Shown piece by piece: positions 13,731-27,506 of a stretch of DNA of 64,000 bases (position 1 is its first letter; every line of letters starts with the position of its first letter). Source of the DNA: Heterodontus francisci. Lineage: Eukaryota. The position numbers were made by a program, and so were the translations under genes. The notes beneath the pieces are model-generated. The model searched no databases. It had not been told where the DNA came from and saw only the letters and a list, made by a program, of their open reading frames with translations. The DNA lies in assembly GCF_036365525.1 (NCBI RefSeq), contig NC_090404.1:4030001-4094000 (forward strand), read 5' to 3'.

Positions 13731-16700
13731 TCTAAATGACCTGTTTCTATTTCCTCAATCATGAATTCTAGCATTTTTCCAATGACACATGTTCGGCTAA
13801 CCTGGCTATAGTTCCCTGCTTTCTGTCACCTTCTTTCTTGAATCTTGGTGTTGCATTTGCGTTTTTCCCTCTATCTATCTATCTATCCATCCATCAATGT
13901 GGCTGTCTATCTATCAATCTTTGTCAGAGATGTTTTACAGTGCAGCAATAAATAAGATAGGACCTGGTGTAATATAAAAAGAGACAGGAGTGAATGCAGT
14001 CTTGACTGAGACAGGGCTGTGGGTAATATAATTTGAGACTGGGCCTTGTGCAGTAATAACTGAGACATTGCCGAGTGTAAAATAACCAGATACATGGTCT
14101 AGCCGAGTAATAATCTGGACATGCTTTAGTGTAATATAAGCAAGGACTGAGGGCGGCCTAGTGGAATATAAACAAAAAGAAGGTCATTTAAATAAAAAGT
14201 ATGTGAGGGCCTTGTGTAATGTAACCAGAGACATGTTCTCGAGTAATAGAGACATAAACAGTCAATTTTATTGCAAACAGAAACACCAGTTAATATAGCA
14301 AGAACTGAGAGAGGGCCAAATGATGCTAATAAAGCTGCATGACCTCAAATAAAATAAACGAAGAGAGATTTTTACTTCAATATCCTTCCTAATAGCATTG
14401 TGGGTGTACCTACTCCACAGGGACTGCAGCGGTTCAAGAAAGCAGCTCACGATCACCTTCTCAAAGGCAATTATGGAACGACAATTAATGTTGGCCTGGC
14501 CAACGACACCCACAACCCATTAAACCAATAAATAAAATAGACTTTCACTGCCATCCGCTGGCCAGACATTGCCATTGCTCCTACTGTGAAAATGTCAATG
14601 TCGCTAACTGTTTCTGTCGTAATGTATCAAGAAACAACTCAACTAATTCCAGATGAACGTGGCCGATTTGTGCCTCGATACATCAGGAACAGTGCAAAGC
14701 GGTTGAATTCCAGTTTATGTATTTTTGTTGATCTTGGTTCAAGGGAGGAGTGTTGACCAGGACACAGTGTGGAACTATGGGACTTTTAATGTCCACCTCA
14801 ACAAAAAAGGGGTGGGGGAGAGATTATTGTTTCAAAATGTCCCTGGAATGATATTGCCCTTTCATTAATGGACCCATTGGAAGCCTGGTTAATATACTCA
14901 GTTTCTGAAGCTGACATGGAATCCACAAATTACTGATTCTGAAATCAGAGTCAAGTTGTGTTACCCAAGTTGCTGCTGAAATGTTTCCTGTGTCCAGGTG
15001 ACATTTTATATCCACATTGGTGAATACCATTGCTGTTACGCTTCCGTATACTGATATCACAAATAGCAACTTCTGGATTACAATTACAAAACTTTTGATT
15101 GATACAATTGAAATTCATTGAATCATGGAATCTGACAGCACAGAAGGAGGCCATTCGGCCCATCGTGGCGGCTGCTTGAAAGAGCTATCCAATCAGTTCC
15201 ATTCTCCTGGTCTTTCTCCAAAGTCCTGAAAATCTTTCCTTTTCATGTAATTATACAATACACTTTTGAAAGTTACAATTGAAAGTGGTTACACCAACCT
15301 TTCAGGTAATTCATTCCAGCTGATAACTCGCTGAACTTTTAAATAAAACTCCTCATCTTCTCCCTTCTTCATTTACCATTGATTCTAAATCTGTGTCCTC
15401 TCGTTATCAACATTCCTGCCAGCGGAAACTTTGTCATGGATATTTTTCCATGCGATTTGTGTGGTTTGGAACAGGGAAATGTTTGTTCGAATGAGTGAGT
15501 TCAGAGGATTCAGTATTTCACCTTCTTCCTCAGCACCTGAGGCCAAGAAGTTAGATGTTGATGTTGAGTAGCTGATATCAGCATTACCTGACACGGGAAA
15601 GGTCCCTGGTCACTTGGGAAACATTTCATTCAGTTTGTGACAGGGTGTTGCTGGTTTACTAACAGTAATGCAAACTATTAACATTCGCCTGACAGATGAA
15701 CTGTTTTGTGATAAAAGCAGAAAGCACTGCAAATACTCAGCAGGTCTGGCAGCATCTGTGGAGAGAGTAGCAGAGCTAAATTTTCAGGTCTGTGACCTTA
15801 ACTCAGAACACAGATCAGCACTTTCTATTTTCATTTCAGACTTCCATCATCGGCAGTTTTTCCTTTTATTGAACGCTTGCTTCCCTGGTCAGGAAACAAA
15901 CCCGGCCGTGGCGGCAGGAACTCCCAATTCTAACCACTAGACCATCAAGCAACAGGACCTGCGACCTCCGGAGCCATTGTTGATATAATTGAAGGTATCG
16001 GTGTTAATTTCTTAATTTAATTTGTGCTGGATGCAAAACCATTTCATAACGCTGCTGCTTCCAGATCTATTTAAATGTGTCTGTATATTTCGTTCACGTT
16101 TCGAGTCAGTCTGTCTTCATTCTGAAAGTACTTTCTGCCTGTTTATTTCCCTCTTACTTTTCATTTACACCTAAATATTATCACGGTCTTGTGTTTTATT
16201 TCTCTCTTTGGGAAATATTGTGCTGTTCCTTTAAGACTGTAAAAGATCAGTGCAAACCTTCAGGCAGTAGGTTCCGGAGGGTCAGTGAGCCAGGGTGCAT
16301 TCCGATTGCCAAACAGCAGCCACAGAGAAAGAGAGGACACGAGATTCAATGTTACAGGTTAGACTTTTAAAATTAGCCGAACAACTGTCAGAAGCGGAGC
16401 TCTGAGACAATTTAAAATGAAAAAAACTGTGTTATTTCTCTCTCAAAATTCTACAAAGCGTCAAGCCGAATTAATTCTATAAAAAATAAGAAAAGGCTTC
16501 TTCTTTCACAACAGGTTTTTGATATCTGCTGTGTTCATTGCTGGAAAAAAAAGAAGAGGTTAATGCAACAACTGCCGAACTGCTGAACCTTTATATTTGA
16601 GGTATCCTTTTTCTCATGGGACCATGGAAGACTGCAAGTGAATTTTGACTGCAGTGGATTGGAAGACCAGTCGAAAGAATCGTAACTTACAGAGACTTGT

Positions 16701-16769
16701 TTATTTGTTCTATTTCTGAGAGGAAGATACACTTACAAATCAACAATCTTTTAAAACCGAGTTTCTGTA

Positions 16770-19630
16770 ATCATAGAGTGATAGAGCACAGAAGCAGGCT
16801 CTTCGGCCCATCCTGTCCACGCCGGCCATCAAGCAACTATCCATTCTAATCCTATTTCCCACCATATGGCCCATAGCCTTGTATGCTATGGCGTTTCAAG
16901 TGCTCATCAAAATACACACTGCAGCCTCATAGCTCTAGGGACCTGGGTTCGATTCTGAGTACTGCCTGTGTGTAGTTTGCAAGTTCTCCCTGTGTCTGCG
17001 TGGGTTTCCTCTGGGTGCTCCGGTTTCCTCCCACATGCCAAAGCCTTGCAGGTTGATAGGTTAATTGGCCATTATACGTTTCCCTTAGTATAGGTAGGTG
17101 GCAGGGAAATATATAGGGACAGGTGGGGATGTGGTAGGAATATGGGATTACTGTAGGATTAGTAAAAATGGGTGGTTGATGGTCGGCACAGACTCGGTGG
17201 GCCGAAGAGCCTGTTTCAGTGCTGTATCTCTAAACTAAACTAAAATTCGCAAATGTTGTGAGGGTTCATGCCTCCACCAAAATTTCAGGCAGTGTGTTCC
17301 AGATTCCAACCGCACTCTGGGTGGTTTGTTTTCCTCAAATCCCATCTAAGCCTCCTTCCCCTTATCTTTAATCAATGCCCACTGGTTATTGACACCTCTG
17401 CTGAGGGAAATCGTTTCTTCCTATCTACCCAAACTATGCCCCTCATAACTTTCTACCCCTCAATCAGGTCCCCCCTCAGACTTCCCTGCGCTTAGGAAAA
17501 CAACCCTAGCCTATCCACTCTCTCTTCACTGCTCAAATGCTCCAGCCCAGGCAACAACCTGGTGAGGCTCCTCTGCACCCTCTCCAGAGCAATCACATCC
17601 TTCCGATAGTGTAGCGACCAGAATTGTACAGAGTACTCCAGCTGTGGCCTAAATAGTGTTTTATACAACTCCATCATAACTTCCCTGCTCTTATATTCTA
17701 TGCCTTGCATAATATAGGCAAATATCCCAAATGCCTTCCTAACCACCTTATCTACCTGTGCTGCTGCCTTCAGTCTTCAGTGATACATGGACAAGTCCGC
17801 CAAGGCCCTTGTGACTCTCTGTACTTCCTAGGGACCTACAACACATTGCATATTCTCCTGCCTTGTTAGTCCTCCCAAAATGCATCTCAGGATTAAATTA
17901 TATTTGCCACTGCTCTGCTGATCTTATCAGCCCATATATATCGTCCTGTAATCTAATGCTATCCTCCTCACTATTTACAACACCACCAATTTTCGTGTCA
18001 TCTACAAATTTACTGATCATACCTCCTATATTCACGTCTAAATCATTAATGTACACCACAAACAGCAAGGGTCCCAGCCCCGATTCCTGTGGTACACCAC
18101 TGGTCACAGGCTCCCAATCGCAAAAACCACCAACCACAACCCTCTGCCTCTTGTCATTGAGCCAATCTTGGATCCAATTTGCCAAATTATCCTGGATCCC
18201 ATGGGCTCTTATCTTCTTTCCCAATCTCCCTTGCGGGACCTTATCAAAAGCCTTACTGAAGCCCATGTAGACTACATCAACTGCTTTACCCTCATCGACA
18301 CACCTAGTGACCTCCTAGAAAAATTCAATCAAATTTGTTAGACACGATCTCCCTCTGACAAAGCCATGCTGACTATCCCTTATTAATCACTGCCTCTCCA
18401 AGTGTAGTTTAATCCTGTACATCAGAACACTTTCCAAACGTTTCCCAACGACTGGTAATGGACTCACTTTCCTGCAAGGACCTAGTTTATCCCTACTTCC
18501 CTTCTTGAATAATGATACCTCATTCACTGTCCCCCAGTCCTCTGGCACTTCTCTTGTGGCCAGAGAGGTTTTGAAAATTTGTGTCAGCGCCCCAGTAATC
18601 TCCTCGCTTGTCTCACAAATCAGACTGGGTTACATCTCATCTGGGTCTGGGGATTTATCCACTTTAAAGCCCACTAAAACCGTTCATACCTCCTCCCTTT
18701 CAATGCTAATTTGTTCAAGTATATCACAATCCCCCTCCCTGATCTTTTCACCTTCATCGTCCTTTTCCAATGTGAACACAGATGGAAAGTAATCATTTAA
18801 AACCTCACCTACATCTTCCAGCTCCACACACAGATTGCTGCTTCGGTCCTTAATGGGCACTACTTGTTCCCTGATTATTCTCTTGCCATAAATATACTTA
18901 TAAAATGCTTTGGGATATTCCTTTATCTTGCCCACCCGTGTGTTTTTCATGCCGCCTCTTCCCTCTCCAATTTTTTTTTAACTGCACCCCGACACTTCGT
19001 CTCCTCCTCGAGGGCCTCCACAGCTTTCAGCAATATGCCGTTGGGCTCCTTTTGTTTTCCTTATTCAATCCTCTATATCACTTGACATCTTGGGATCCCT
19101 AGACTTATTGGTCCTACCCTTTACCTTTACTAGAATATGTTGGCTCTGAACTCTCACTATTTCCTTTTTGAATGACTCTGATATATTCTTTTCTGAAAGT
19201 AGCTGATCCCAGTCCAATTTGACCAGGTCCTGTTTTATAATATTTGAAAGTGGCCTTCCCCCAGTTCAGTACCATTATTTCCGGTCCATCTTTATCCTTT
19301 TCCATAACTACCTTAAATCTTACAGAGTCCTATCCCCGACATGCTTCCCCACTGACGCTTCTACCAATTTGGTGGCTTCATTTTCGAAGCGCAGATCCTG
19401 CATGGCCCCTTCTCTTGAAGGACGTTCTACGTGCTGGCTAACAAAGATCTCACAGATGCACTTTAAGAATTACGCCCCCTTTAAACCTTTTTCACTGAGA
19501 CTATCTCAGCTAATATTGTGGAAGTTGAAATACCCTACAATTATTACCCTATTATTTTTACACCTCTCTGAGATTTGCTGACATATCTGCTCCTTTATCT
19601 CTCCGTGGCTGTTTGGAGGCCTGGAGTGCA
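16770..19630 (-). mobile_element. Decayed CR1 ORF2 to 3' end
   Basis: Minus ORFs 17898-18266 (FSKAFDKVP, KFVDDTK), 17492-17746, 18684-18950. Confidence 0.9.
16916..17245 (+). mobile_element. V-SINE (HE1-like) with CR1-derived tail
   Basis: B-box gggttcgattct, V-domain gtttgcaagttctccctgtgtctgcgtgggtttcctc..gggtgctccggtttcctccca, CR1 stem-loop and (taaac)n tail. Confidence 0.8.
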
Positions 19631-20960
19631 CTTGGGGGTACTCATTCAAGGAATGCACAAAATGAATATGCAAGTGCAGCAGGCGATTAGGAAGGCAAAT
19701 GGAATGTTGGCCTTTATTACAAGGGGGTGGAAATACAGGACGAAAGAAGTCTTACTGAAACACTGTCTGCATTTTTGGTCTCCACATTTAAGAAAGGAAT
19801 TTTTTATTCGTTACATGGGATGTGGGCGACGCTGGTCAGGCCAGCATTTATTGCCCATCCCTAATTGCCCTTGAGAAGGTGGTGGTGAGATGCCTTCTTC
19901 AACCGCTGCAGTCCATGTGCGGGTCGGTTCGCACAGTGCTATTAGGAAGGGAGTTCCAGGTTTTGATGCAGCGACAGTGAAGGAACAGCGATCTCGTTCG
20001 AAGTCAGGGTGGTTTATGGCTTGGAGGGGATCTTGCAGGTGGTGGTGTTCCCAACCATTGCTGCCCTTGTCCTTCTAGATGGTAGAGGTCGCGGGTTTGG
20101 AAGGGTTAGGGTTTTCCCCCTGATTCCCATTGATTCCAGTTTTACTAGGGCTCCTTGGTGTCGTTCTCGGTCAAATGTTGCCTTGATGTCAAGGGCAATC
20201 ACTCTCACCTCACCTCGAGAGTTCAGCTCTTTTGTCCATGTTTGAACCAAGGCTGTAATGAGGTCTGGAACTGAGTGGCCCTGGCGGAACCCAAACTGAG
20301 CGTCACTGAGCAGGTTATTGCTGAGCAAGTCCCGCTTGATGGCACTGTCAATGCACTAGTAATCCAGAAACGCAGGGTATTCCCTTATGGGGAGGAGTTC
20401 GAATCCTACCATGGCAGAAAGAGGACTCAAAGCAAAATACTGCGGATGCTCGAAATCTGAAATAAAAACAAGAAATGCTGGAACCACTCAGCAGGTCGGG
20501 CAGCATCTGTGGAGAGAGAAGCAGAGTTAACGTTAAGGGACATTGACTATGATGAGAGGTTGAGTAAATTGGCCGATATTCTCTGGAGTTTAGAAGAATG
20601 AGAGGTCTTCTAATTGACAGGGTGGAAGCTGAGAGATGGTTTTCACTGGTCAGGGAATGCAGAAAACTGGGACACAGCCTTAGGATAAGGGAAAAATCAT
20701 TCAGGCGTCAGATGAGGAGAAATTACTCCACTCAAAGCTTTGTGAATGTTTGGAATTCTCTACCACAGAGGGTTGTGGATGCTCCATTATTGCATACATT
20801 TAAGGCTGGGATAGATAGTTGTTTGGCTTCGCAAGGATTCAAAGGGTACGGGGAGTGGCAGGAAAGTGGCGTTGGAGCCCAAGATCAGCCATGATCGTTT
20901 TAAATGGCGGAGCAGTCTCGATGGACCATATGATTTACTTCTGCTCCTATTGCTTGTGCT
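19630..20960. mobile_element. Mosaic: CR1 (+) fragments, a CR1/L2-clade RT fragment (-, about 19800-20350) and a Penelope end (about 20428-20535)
   Basis: Minus ORF 20014-20328 QFGFRQGHS...LDIKATFDR; plus ORF 20598 VNVWNSLPQRVV. Confidence 0.75.
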
Positions 20961-21234
20961 CTTGTGGGAGCTCCCTTGGGCAGTGGTATTTGGCAAATAA
21001 CCCTCTGGCTGGGTAATCTTTTGCAAGTTTCGATTGGATGCTGCTTTAATGCAACTGATGCATTTAAAACTTGCCTCCTCCCAACTGAATAGAATTCCGC
21101 AAGTGTTGTTGTCGAGAGTTGTCATCATTTGCAATTTCAGTGAGATCTTTGTTTCACAGCAGAGGCTGTTTATCGGTGTGACAGCGCCCACTGGTGAGCA
21201 CTAATCGGAACTCTCATTCTGGAGTTTTTGACGA

Positions 21235-23240
21235 GAACATCGGAGCAGGAGCAGTCCATGCAGCCAATCGAGCCGACTCCGCCATTCAACACGATCTTGG
21301 CAGATCATCCACTTCAACGACTTTTCCCACGCTATCTCCCCTTTATGCCATTGACGTCTAGAAATCATGTTAATGATTGCTTTAAATATCCTCATTGACT
21401 GAGTTTCCACAAACCTATGGGGTAGAGAATTCCAAAGATTCACAACCCTCTGAGTAATGACATTTCTCCTCATCTCTGCCTGAAGTGGTTTCACCCTGAT
21501 TTTGAAATTGTGCCCCCTGGTTCTAGATCCCCCAACAATGGGAAACATCTGCCCTGTCTATCCCCTGAAGTATTTTGTAGGTGACAATGAGATCATCTCT
21601 CATTCTTCGAAACTCTAGAGAATACAGGCCCAGGTTCCCCACTCTCTTTTCATAAGGCAGTCCTGCCATCCCGGGAGCAAGCCTGGTGAGCCTCGTTGCA
21701 CTCTCTCTTTGGTAATAATATCCTTCCTCAGTAAGGGAACCAAAACGGCACACAATCCTGCAGGTGCTGTTTAACCGAGGTTCTATACAATTGAAGCCAG
21801 ACTTCACTAGTCCCGTACTCAAAACCTCTTGCAAAAAAATCTAACATATCATCAGCCTTCCTAATTGCTTGTTGCACCTGCATGTTCACTTTCAATGACT
21901 TATTGACGAGGACACCCAGGTCTCTTTTACATCTGCTTTTATTTTAGAGATACAGCACTGAAACACGCCCTTCGTCCCACCGAGTCTGTGCGGACCATCA
22001 ACCACCCATTTATACTAATGCTACACTAATCCCATAATTCCACCACATCCCCACCTGTCCCTATATTTCCCGACCACCTACCTACACTAGGGGCAATTGC
22101 TAATGGCCAATTTACCTGTCAACCTGCAAGTCTTTGGCATGTGGGAGGAAACCGGAGCAGCCGGAGGAAACCCACACAAACACAGGGAGAACTTGCAAAC
22201 TCCGCACAGGCAGTACCCAGAATTGAACCCGGGTCGCTGGAGCTGTGAGGCTGCGGTGCTAACCACTGCATTATTTAATCTCTTACTATTTAAGAAATAC
22301 TCTGCCCATCTATTCCTCCTAGCAAAGTGAATAACCTCACATTTTTCCACATTATGTCCATCTGCCACGTTCTTGCCCACTCACTAGGTCTCTCCAAATC
22401 CCCTTGAAGCCGCTTTGCATCTTCCTCACAACAGACATTCCCGTCTAGTTTTGTGTCATCCACGAACTTTGAAATATTGCATTTGGTTCCCATATCTAAA
22501 TCATTGACATATATTGTGAACAGCTGGAGCCTAAATACTGATAATCGCGGTACCTCACTGGTCACAGCCTGCTAATGCGAGAATTACCCATTTATTACTA
22601 CTCTCTGCTTTCAGCCTGTTAACAAATGCTTAAACTACTCCAGTATATATTACCTCCTATCGCATGTGCTTTCATTTTGCTGACCAACCTCCTGTGGGGG
22701 ACTTTATCAAAACGTTCTGAAAATCCAAAACACTGGGATACGAACATAGGAGTTCGGAGCAGGAGTCGGCCACTCAGCCCCTCGAGCCTGCTACACCATT
22801 CAATAAGTTTATGGCTGAACTGATTATTGCACATTACCACCTACCCCCGATCATCTTTCACCCCCTTGCTTATCAAGAAGCTATCTCCCTCCGCCTTAAA
22901 CATATTAAAAGACTCTGCTTCCATTGCCTTCTGAGGAAGAGAGTTCCAAAGACCCACGACCCTCTGAGAGAACTGGGATGAGAGAGGGATATACAATATC
23001 AGGTCCCATGGACTTATCAGCATTTAGCCCTATTAATTTCTCCAATACAACCTTCTTACTAACACCAAATTCCTTCAATTACTCATTCTCCCTAGTCCCT
23101 TGAATCTCTAAAGCTGGGAGATTTATTATACCTTCCTCAGTGAAGACTGACACAAAGTAAACATTTAGCTTCTCTACCATTTCTCTATTCCCCATTTTAA
23201 ATTCACTTGAATCTGCCTGTAATGGACCCACATTTGCCTT
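21235..23240 (-). mobile_element. Decayed CR1 with nested V-SINE (about 21935-22270, minus)
   Basis: Minus ORFs with KFVDDTK, FDKVPHRRL, QRVVNLWNSLP; reverse complement of the V-SINE core. Confidence 0.8.
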
Positions 23241-24219
23241 AGCCTAACGAGTACGATGCATCCCTGAAGTAGTGCGGGGCTCATGGCGCAGAAATGCAAG
23301 GTGATGTTGGAGATCAGGGCATTGCCAATCGCTAGCTCAGTAACCTTGGCATCTTTTGTCAACATAGAAACAAACCAATTAATGATGTTGGTGTTCCTGT
23401 GTACATTCCCTCCATTAAGATGAAGCATATACTGTGCCGGCTGCCCAGCGTGCTGACTGCACCAGTACATATAAGTGTGAGAATCGTTTCTCTTTTCAAG
23501 CTACACAGTCGTGTGATGTTACTTTTCTCTTCAATTGTCATTTCAAGGACAGTCTGTTCAATTGTGTCTTGGTGGTTCAATTATAAGAGAAGATCATAGT
23601 AATAGTCATGATTAGAAGCATTATCATCACCACCATCTCAATGAACATAATTATCATCATTTGACCAATAATGAAACCTAGGTTGCAGCTGGGAAAATGC
23701 ATTTTTGCGTGAAAGGATACATTACAGTAAAGTAATTTAATGATGATTAACAGTGGGAGCCTGTTCCATATGATGCTTTCTGAGTCTGTAACTCTGCAGT
23801 CTGGAAAATCCGCTGTCTGAGCGAACGCATTTCCTAACCCACTGACCTTCTAACTCAGCCAGTGCCAAACAGGGAACAGCGACAGCAATTTCTCCATAAA
23901 CACAGGGGCAGCAAGGCGGCTCAGAGCCAGAGCAACTGAAGTTTTGCGGGCGGGGCTGCCGCGGGGGCAGTGTTGACACATGGAGGATTCATTTGTAAGG
24001 AACTGAATTCATTCATAATGTCGCAATCTGAAATTGTATAACTCTGCCTGTCTCTAAGAGTTGTTTTACTTGCGTAATTATTGCACATTCGCTACAAGCA
24101 GGCTTGCGATATGAAAGACAGAATTATTATATTATTTACAAGTTACCGAAATCTTCATCAGTGAAGTGGGTTAAAACTCGGGTGGGAATGTAACGGTGGG
24201 AAATGGAATGAAATGGTAA

Positions 24220-24772
24220 TAAAAGCAAAATACTGCAGATGTTGGAAATCTAATAGGACAAGGTCACAGAAAATAACTGAGCAGCAGGTCATGGACCAAA
24301 GGCAGCGGTATGTTACTGGTGTGGTCACATACAAGCGTTAGTGCAGAGAGGGTGCACATTGACAGAAAATGAACAGCCCTGACCCCAAGCACAAGCATGA
24401 AAAAAACTGTGAGTAGGCACAATAGAAACAAACGAAGCAAATTAAAATAAAATAAAAGAAACAAATAACAAAGAAAAAAGAAAAAATAACTAAGAATAAA
24501 AATTAAAAGGTGGGTCCGTCATGCACTGAAATTTTTGAACTCAATGTTCAGTCCGGCAGGCTGTAGTGTGCCGAATCGGTAACTGAGATGCTGTTCCTCG
24601 AGCTTGCGTTGACGTTCACTGGAACACTGCAGCAACCCCAGGACAGAGATGTGGGCATGAGAACAGGGGTTGTATTGAAATGGACAGCAACCGGAAGCTC
24701 GGGGTCATGCTTTCGGACTGAGTGGAGGTGTTCTGCAAAGCGGTCACCCAATCTGCGTTTAGTCTCCTCGAC
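24220..24772 (-). mobile_element. Penelope-like element 3' fragment (GIY-YIG end plus UTR)
   Basis: Minus ORF LGDRFAEHLHSVRKHDPELPVAVHFN, typical of PLE endonuclease. Confidence 0.8.
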
Positions 24773-25089
24773 ATTGGGGACGGAAGTGGCTGTTCAGAGA
24801 TGTAGAAATGGACGAGAGAAGAAATTCCAGCCGGTCTAATAACAACCCGGCGCTGTTTCTTCCTTTCCAGGTTCTGTGAGGTCGCAGTCTCTGTTTCTGA
24901 AGTTAAGACTGGAACCGCCGAGATTAAACTCTGCCTGACACCACTTATTGTCCTGATCACAGGTCGGTACCATTATAAACTCCCTGCAACATTCGCCAAT
25001 CATCATTAAATTTCCCATCTCCAGCTGCGGGTCACTTTCACTTTATTATACTTCATCTAACATGCTGTGTGTCCGCTGTTTATTTTCAG

Positions 25090-25389
25090 AGATGGGTAAC
25101 AGAGACTCAGGGCTCCAGTAAGAACAAGGAGTTGGATCAGTAAATTTAGCAATAATCTATAGTTGTTCTGCATGGTTTCACTTGCCAGCTGTAACCTGTT
25201 CTGGTATCACCAGTATCCACACCGAGCTCCTTAGTATCTGTTCAGAACCGAAAGTCACGAAAATAAGGAAACGGCTCCCGGTTTTGAACACTTCAGCGGT
25301 AATCTCAACCGGATGCAAGGCACTTTTCTCCTGCCTATGAAAGGCTTGAGGATCACAGACAACGACTATTATTACTGCACCATAAGACC
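25090..25389 (+). pseudogene. TCR V-alpha/delta-like pseudogene V1
   Basis: Acceptor ttttcag at 25089; ...DSGLQ*...; LFWYHQYPHRAP*YLF...HFSGNLN...ITDNDYYYCTIRP; perfect heptamer CACAGTG at 25390-25396 but no recognisable nonamer. Confidence 0.8.
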
Positions 25390-26273
25390 CACAGTGAATA
25401 AGATTCCTCGAGCAGAACACAGGTCGGCATTAAGGGTGGGCGCCAAGTAAATACAAGGGATTGAATCCCAGAGAGTTTGCACAGAAAATGAAGGGAATAT
25501 GCACTTTTTCCGAGCTGTTTTCTCAGTCAGTGCTCTCACCGTTGTGAAATGTAACATTTTTGTAGAATTTGTATCGAGGCTCAAATTCAGATATTCCCAG
25601 CGACCTGTTAACAATGACTTGCAGATCTCTGGGATGAATAACAGGATCGATCTGTCCAAGTAACATATCCGTCAGGCCACATCTTGCAAAGTTTCTGGAA
25701 TTGCATTGGTAACAAAAGCAGCTGAATGAAATCATCACTTTACTGGTACAAGTTGAACATAAGTGATACCGCACACCGATTTGAAGAGGAGTGGCTACTT
25801 ATAATGTCCCTGATAGCCTTCGGACTGTAGCAATGATGTTCATGGTTGGGAGGGTATTCATTCATACCAGGGCTTGAGAGCAAATCGAATTATTTCACCT
25901 TAATTAGAGAGAGATCTATTTCTCATATAACATAAAGATATCCAGTTAGACAACAATGGAGACAAAGTGAGAAAGAAGCAGAAAGACTGACAACGAGATA
26001 AAGAACAAGCGACTGAGACAGGGAGAAAGACGCACAAACGTATTCAGGGAAGAAAGTATTGGTGAGACAAAGCAGTAATTAGTCCTCAACGAACCTGATT
26101 GGTTCACAGTTGACATAATATCTGAGCCACCAGCCAACGTAACCCAGAGAAACACCCGTCCGTTTTCCAATAAGTTTATTCTGCCTCAATCAAAGGTCAT
26201 TCTTCAATATCGGATTGGAAAATTAACAATTAAAGCATTCTGCTATTTTCAGTCGAACGCTAAACCAGACAGC

Positions 26274-26701
26274 ATGTGCTTCCTACGTTTCTTACTGATG
26301 ATACTGGTCTTGTTGTCCGGTGAACCTATGTTTAAATGATCAGTGTGTCCTCCATTGGTTATATTCAGTCTTTTGATTTTGACTTCTGTGCATTGTTACA
26401 GGAATGAGTGGTGACGATTCAGTGTCCCTGGACCCACTTGAATTAATGGTTCAGGAAAGACGGGCAGTAATTCTGAACTTTAGTTACACGACAGCGTAGC
26501 CTGACTTAAATCTCTTCTGGTACATGCAGTATCTGAGGGAAGCTCCGAGATTTTACTGAGAACATGCGGCATGATACAGGGGGATAAATCTCCAGATTTT
26601 CCAGATTCTGGTGAATTGGACAAAGAAAAGAAAACAGTTCCTTCAAAAGTCGACGGGGCTCTTGTCTCTGACTCTGCGGTGCGTTACTGTGTCCTCCGCC
26701 T
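26274..26701 (+). pseudogene. TCR V-alpha/delta pseudogene V2 (leader 26274-26319, V exon 26402-26701)
   Basis: 46-nt leader MCFLRFLLMILVLLS-G, GT..AG intron; GDDSVSLDP...LNFSYTTA*PDLNLFWYMQY, frameshift, ...DSAVRYCVLR; first Cys lost. Confidence 0.9.
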
Positions 26702-26740
26702 CACACTGTCAGAGGAGCGCAGTCAGTCAGTACAAACATG
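26702..26740 (+). other. 23-RSS of V2
   Basis: CACACTG + 23 nt + ACAAACATG. Confidence 0.85.
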
Positions 26741-27492
26741 TCAAAGGATTCTCACCTCCTCTCACTGAATCTGGATTGTTATCTGATAATGGAACACAAA
26801 CCAAACTATGAAGATAAACACATGGGTCAATTTATAGATGGGTAGTTCATTAAACAGTTAGAAAGATAAATGGACAGTCTCCCCGCCTTCACTTTCTCCT
26901 TCAATGATCTCTTCCTCTTTTGTTTGAAAGTATCCAGCTGCTGCAGACAAGCGCCTGTGAATTCCGGCTGTGGAGTCTGTGAGTATAAAGCTCAGTGTGT
27001 TTCACAGCTCAGTAACGGGTTGGTTCTTGTTCGTTTGGGAGCTGAATGACGAGATAGTTGGACATTAGCACTTCAGTCATCACACCGATTGCCCGACTGC
27101 AATATAACCAAGAGGTGGATCGGATCAGGAAGAATATAAAACAGTTAACTCTGGATATAACTTTAAATTAAACTGTGGAATTATAGCTTAGGGACACGGG
27201 TTCAAACTATGAAAGGTCATTTCAGGACCGGTATCAGGAAATTCTTCAGCAATCAATCCGTGGAATCAGGTTCCAGATGCAACAGAAGAGGGTCAAACCT
27301 GGGAATAATTTCATAAATGATGGATATTCCAAAGGCGAAGGTTGGAGCGGGATGGGGTTGGAGGCATGTTGGTGTTAAACAGTCTATCCTAAGAGTGGCA
27401 GAATTCCAACTCCCGCCCTGCATGATCCTGTGATCTTGTAATCAATCGCAGGAGTCGGCAATTTGTTTTGGACATGCAGTCGCTTGTAGTCA

Positions 27493-27506
27493 CCAGCAGA
27501 GGGCAC
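27493..27506 (+). promoter_or_regulatory. CTCF-binding motif
   Basis: CCAGCAGAGGGCAC matches the core consensus; upstream TGCAG module at 27475-27479. Confidence 0.65.

Noticed and set aside
16240-16340. TCR or Ig J segment
   Set aside because: No FGxG/WGxG motif with proper RSS and splice donor
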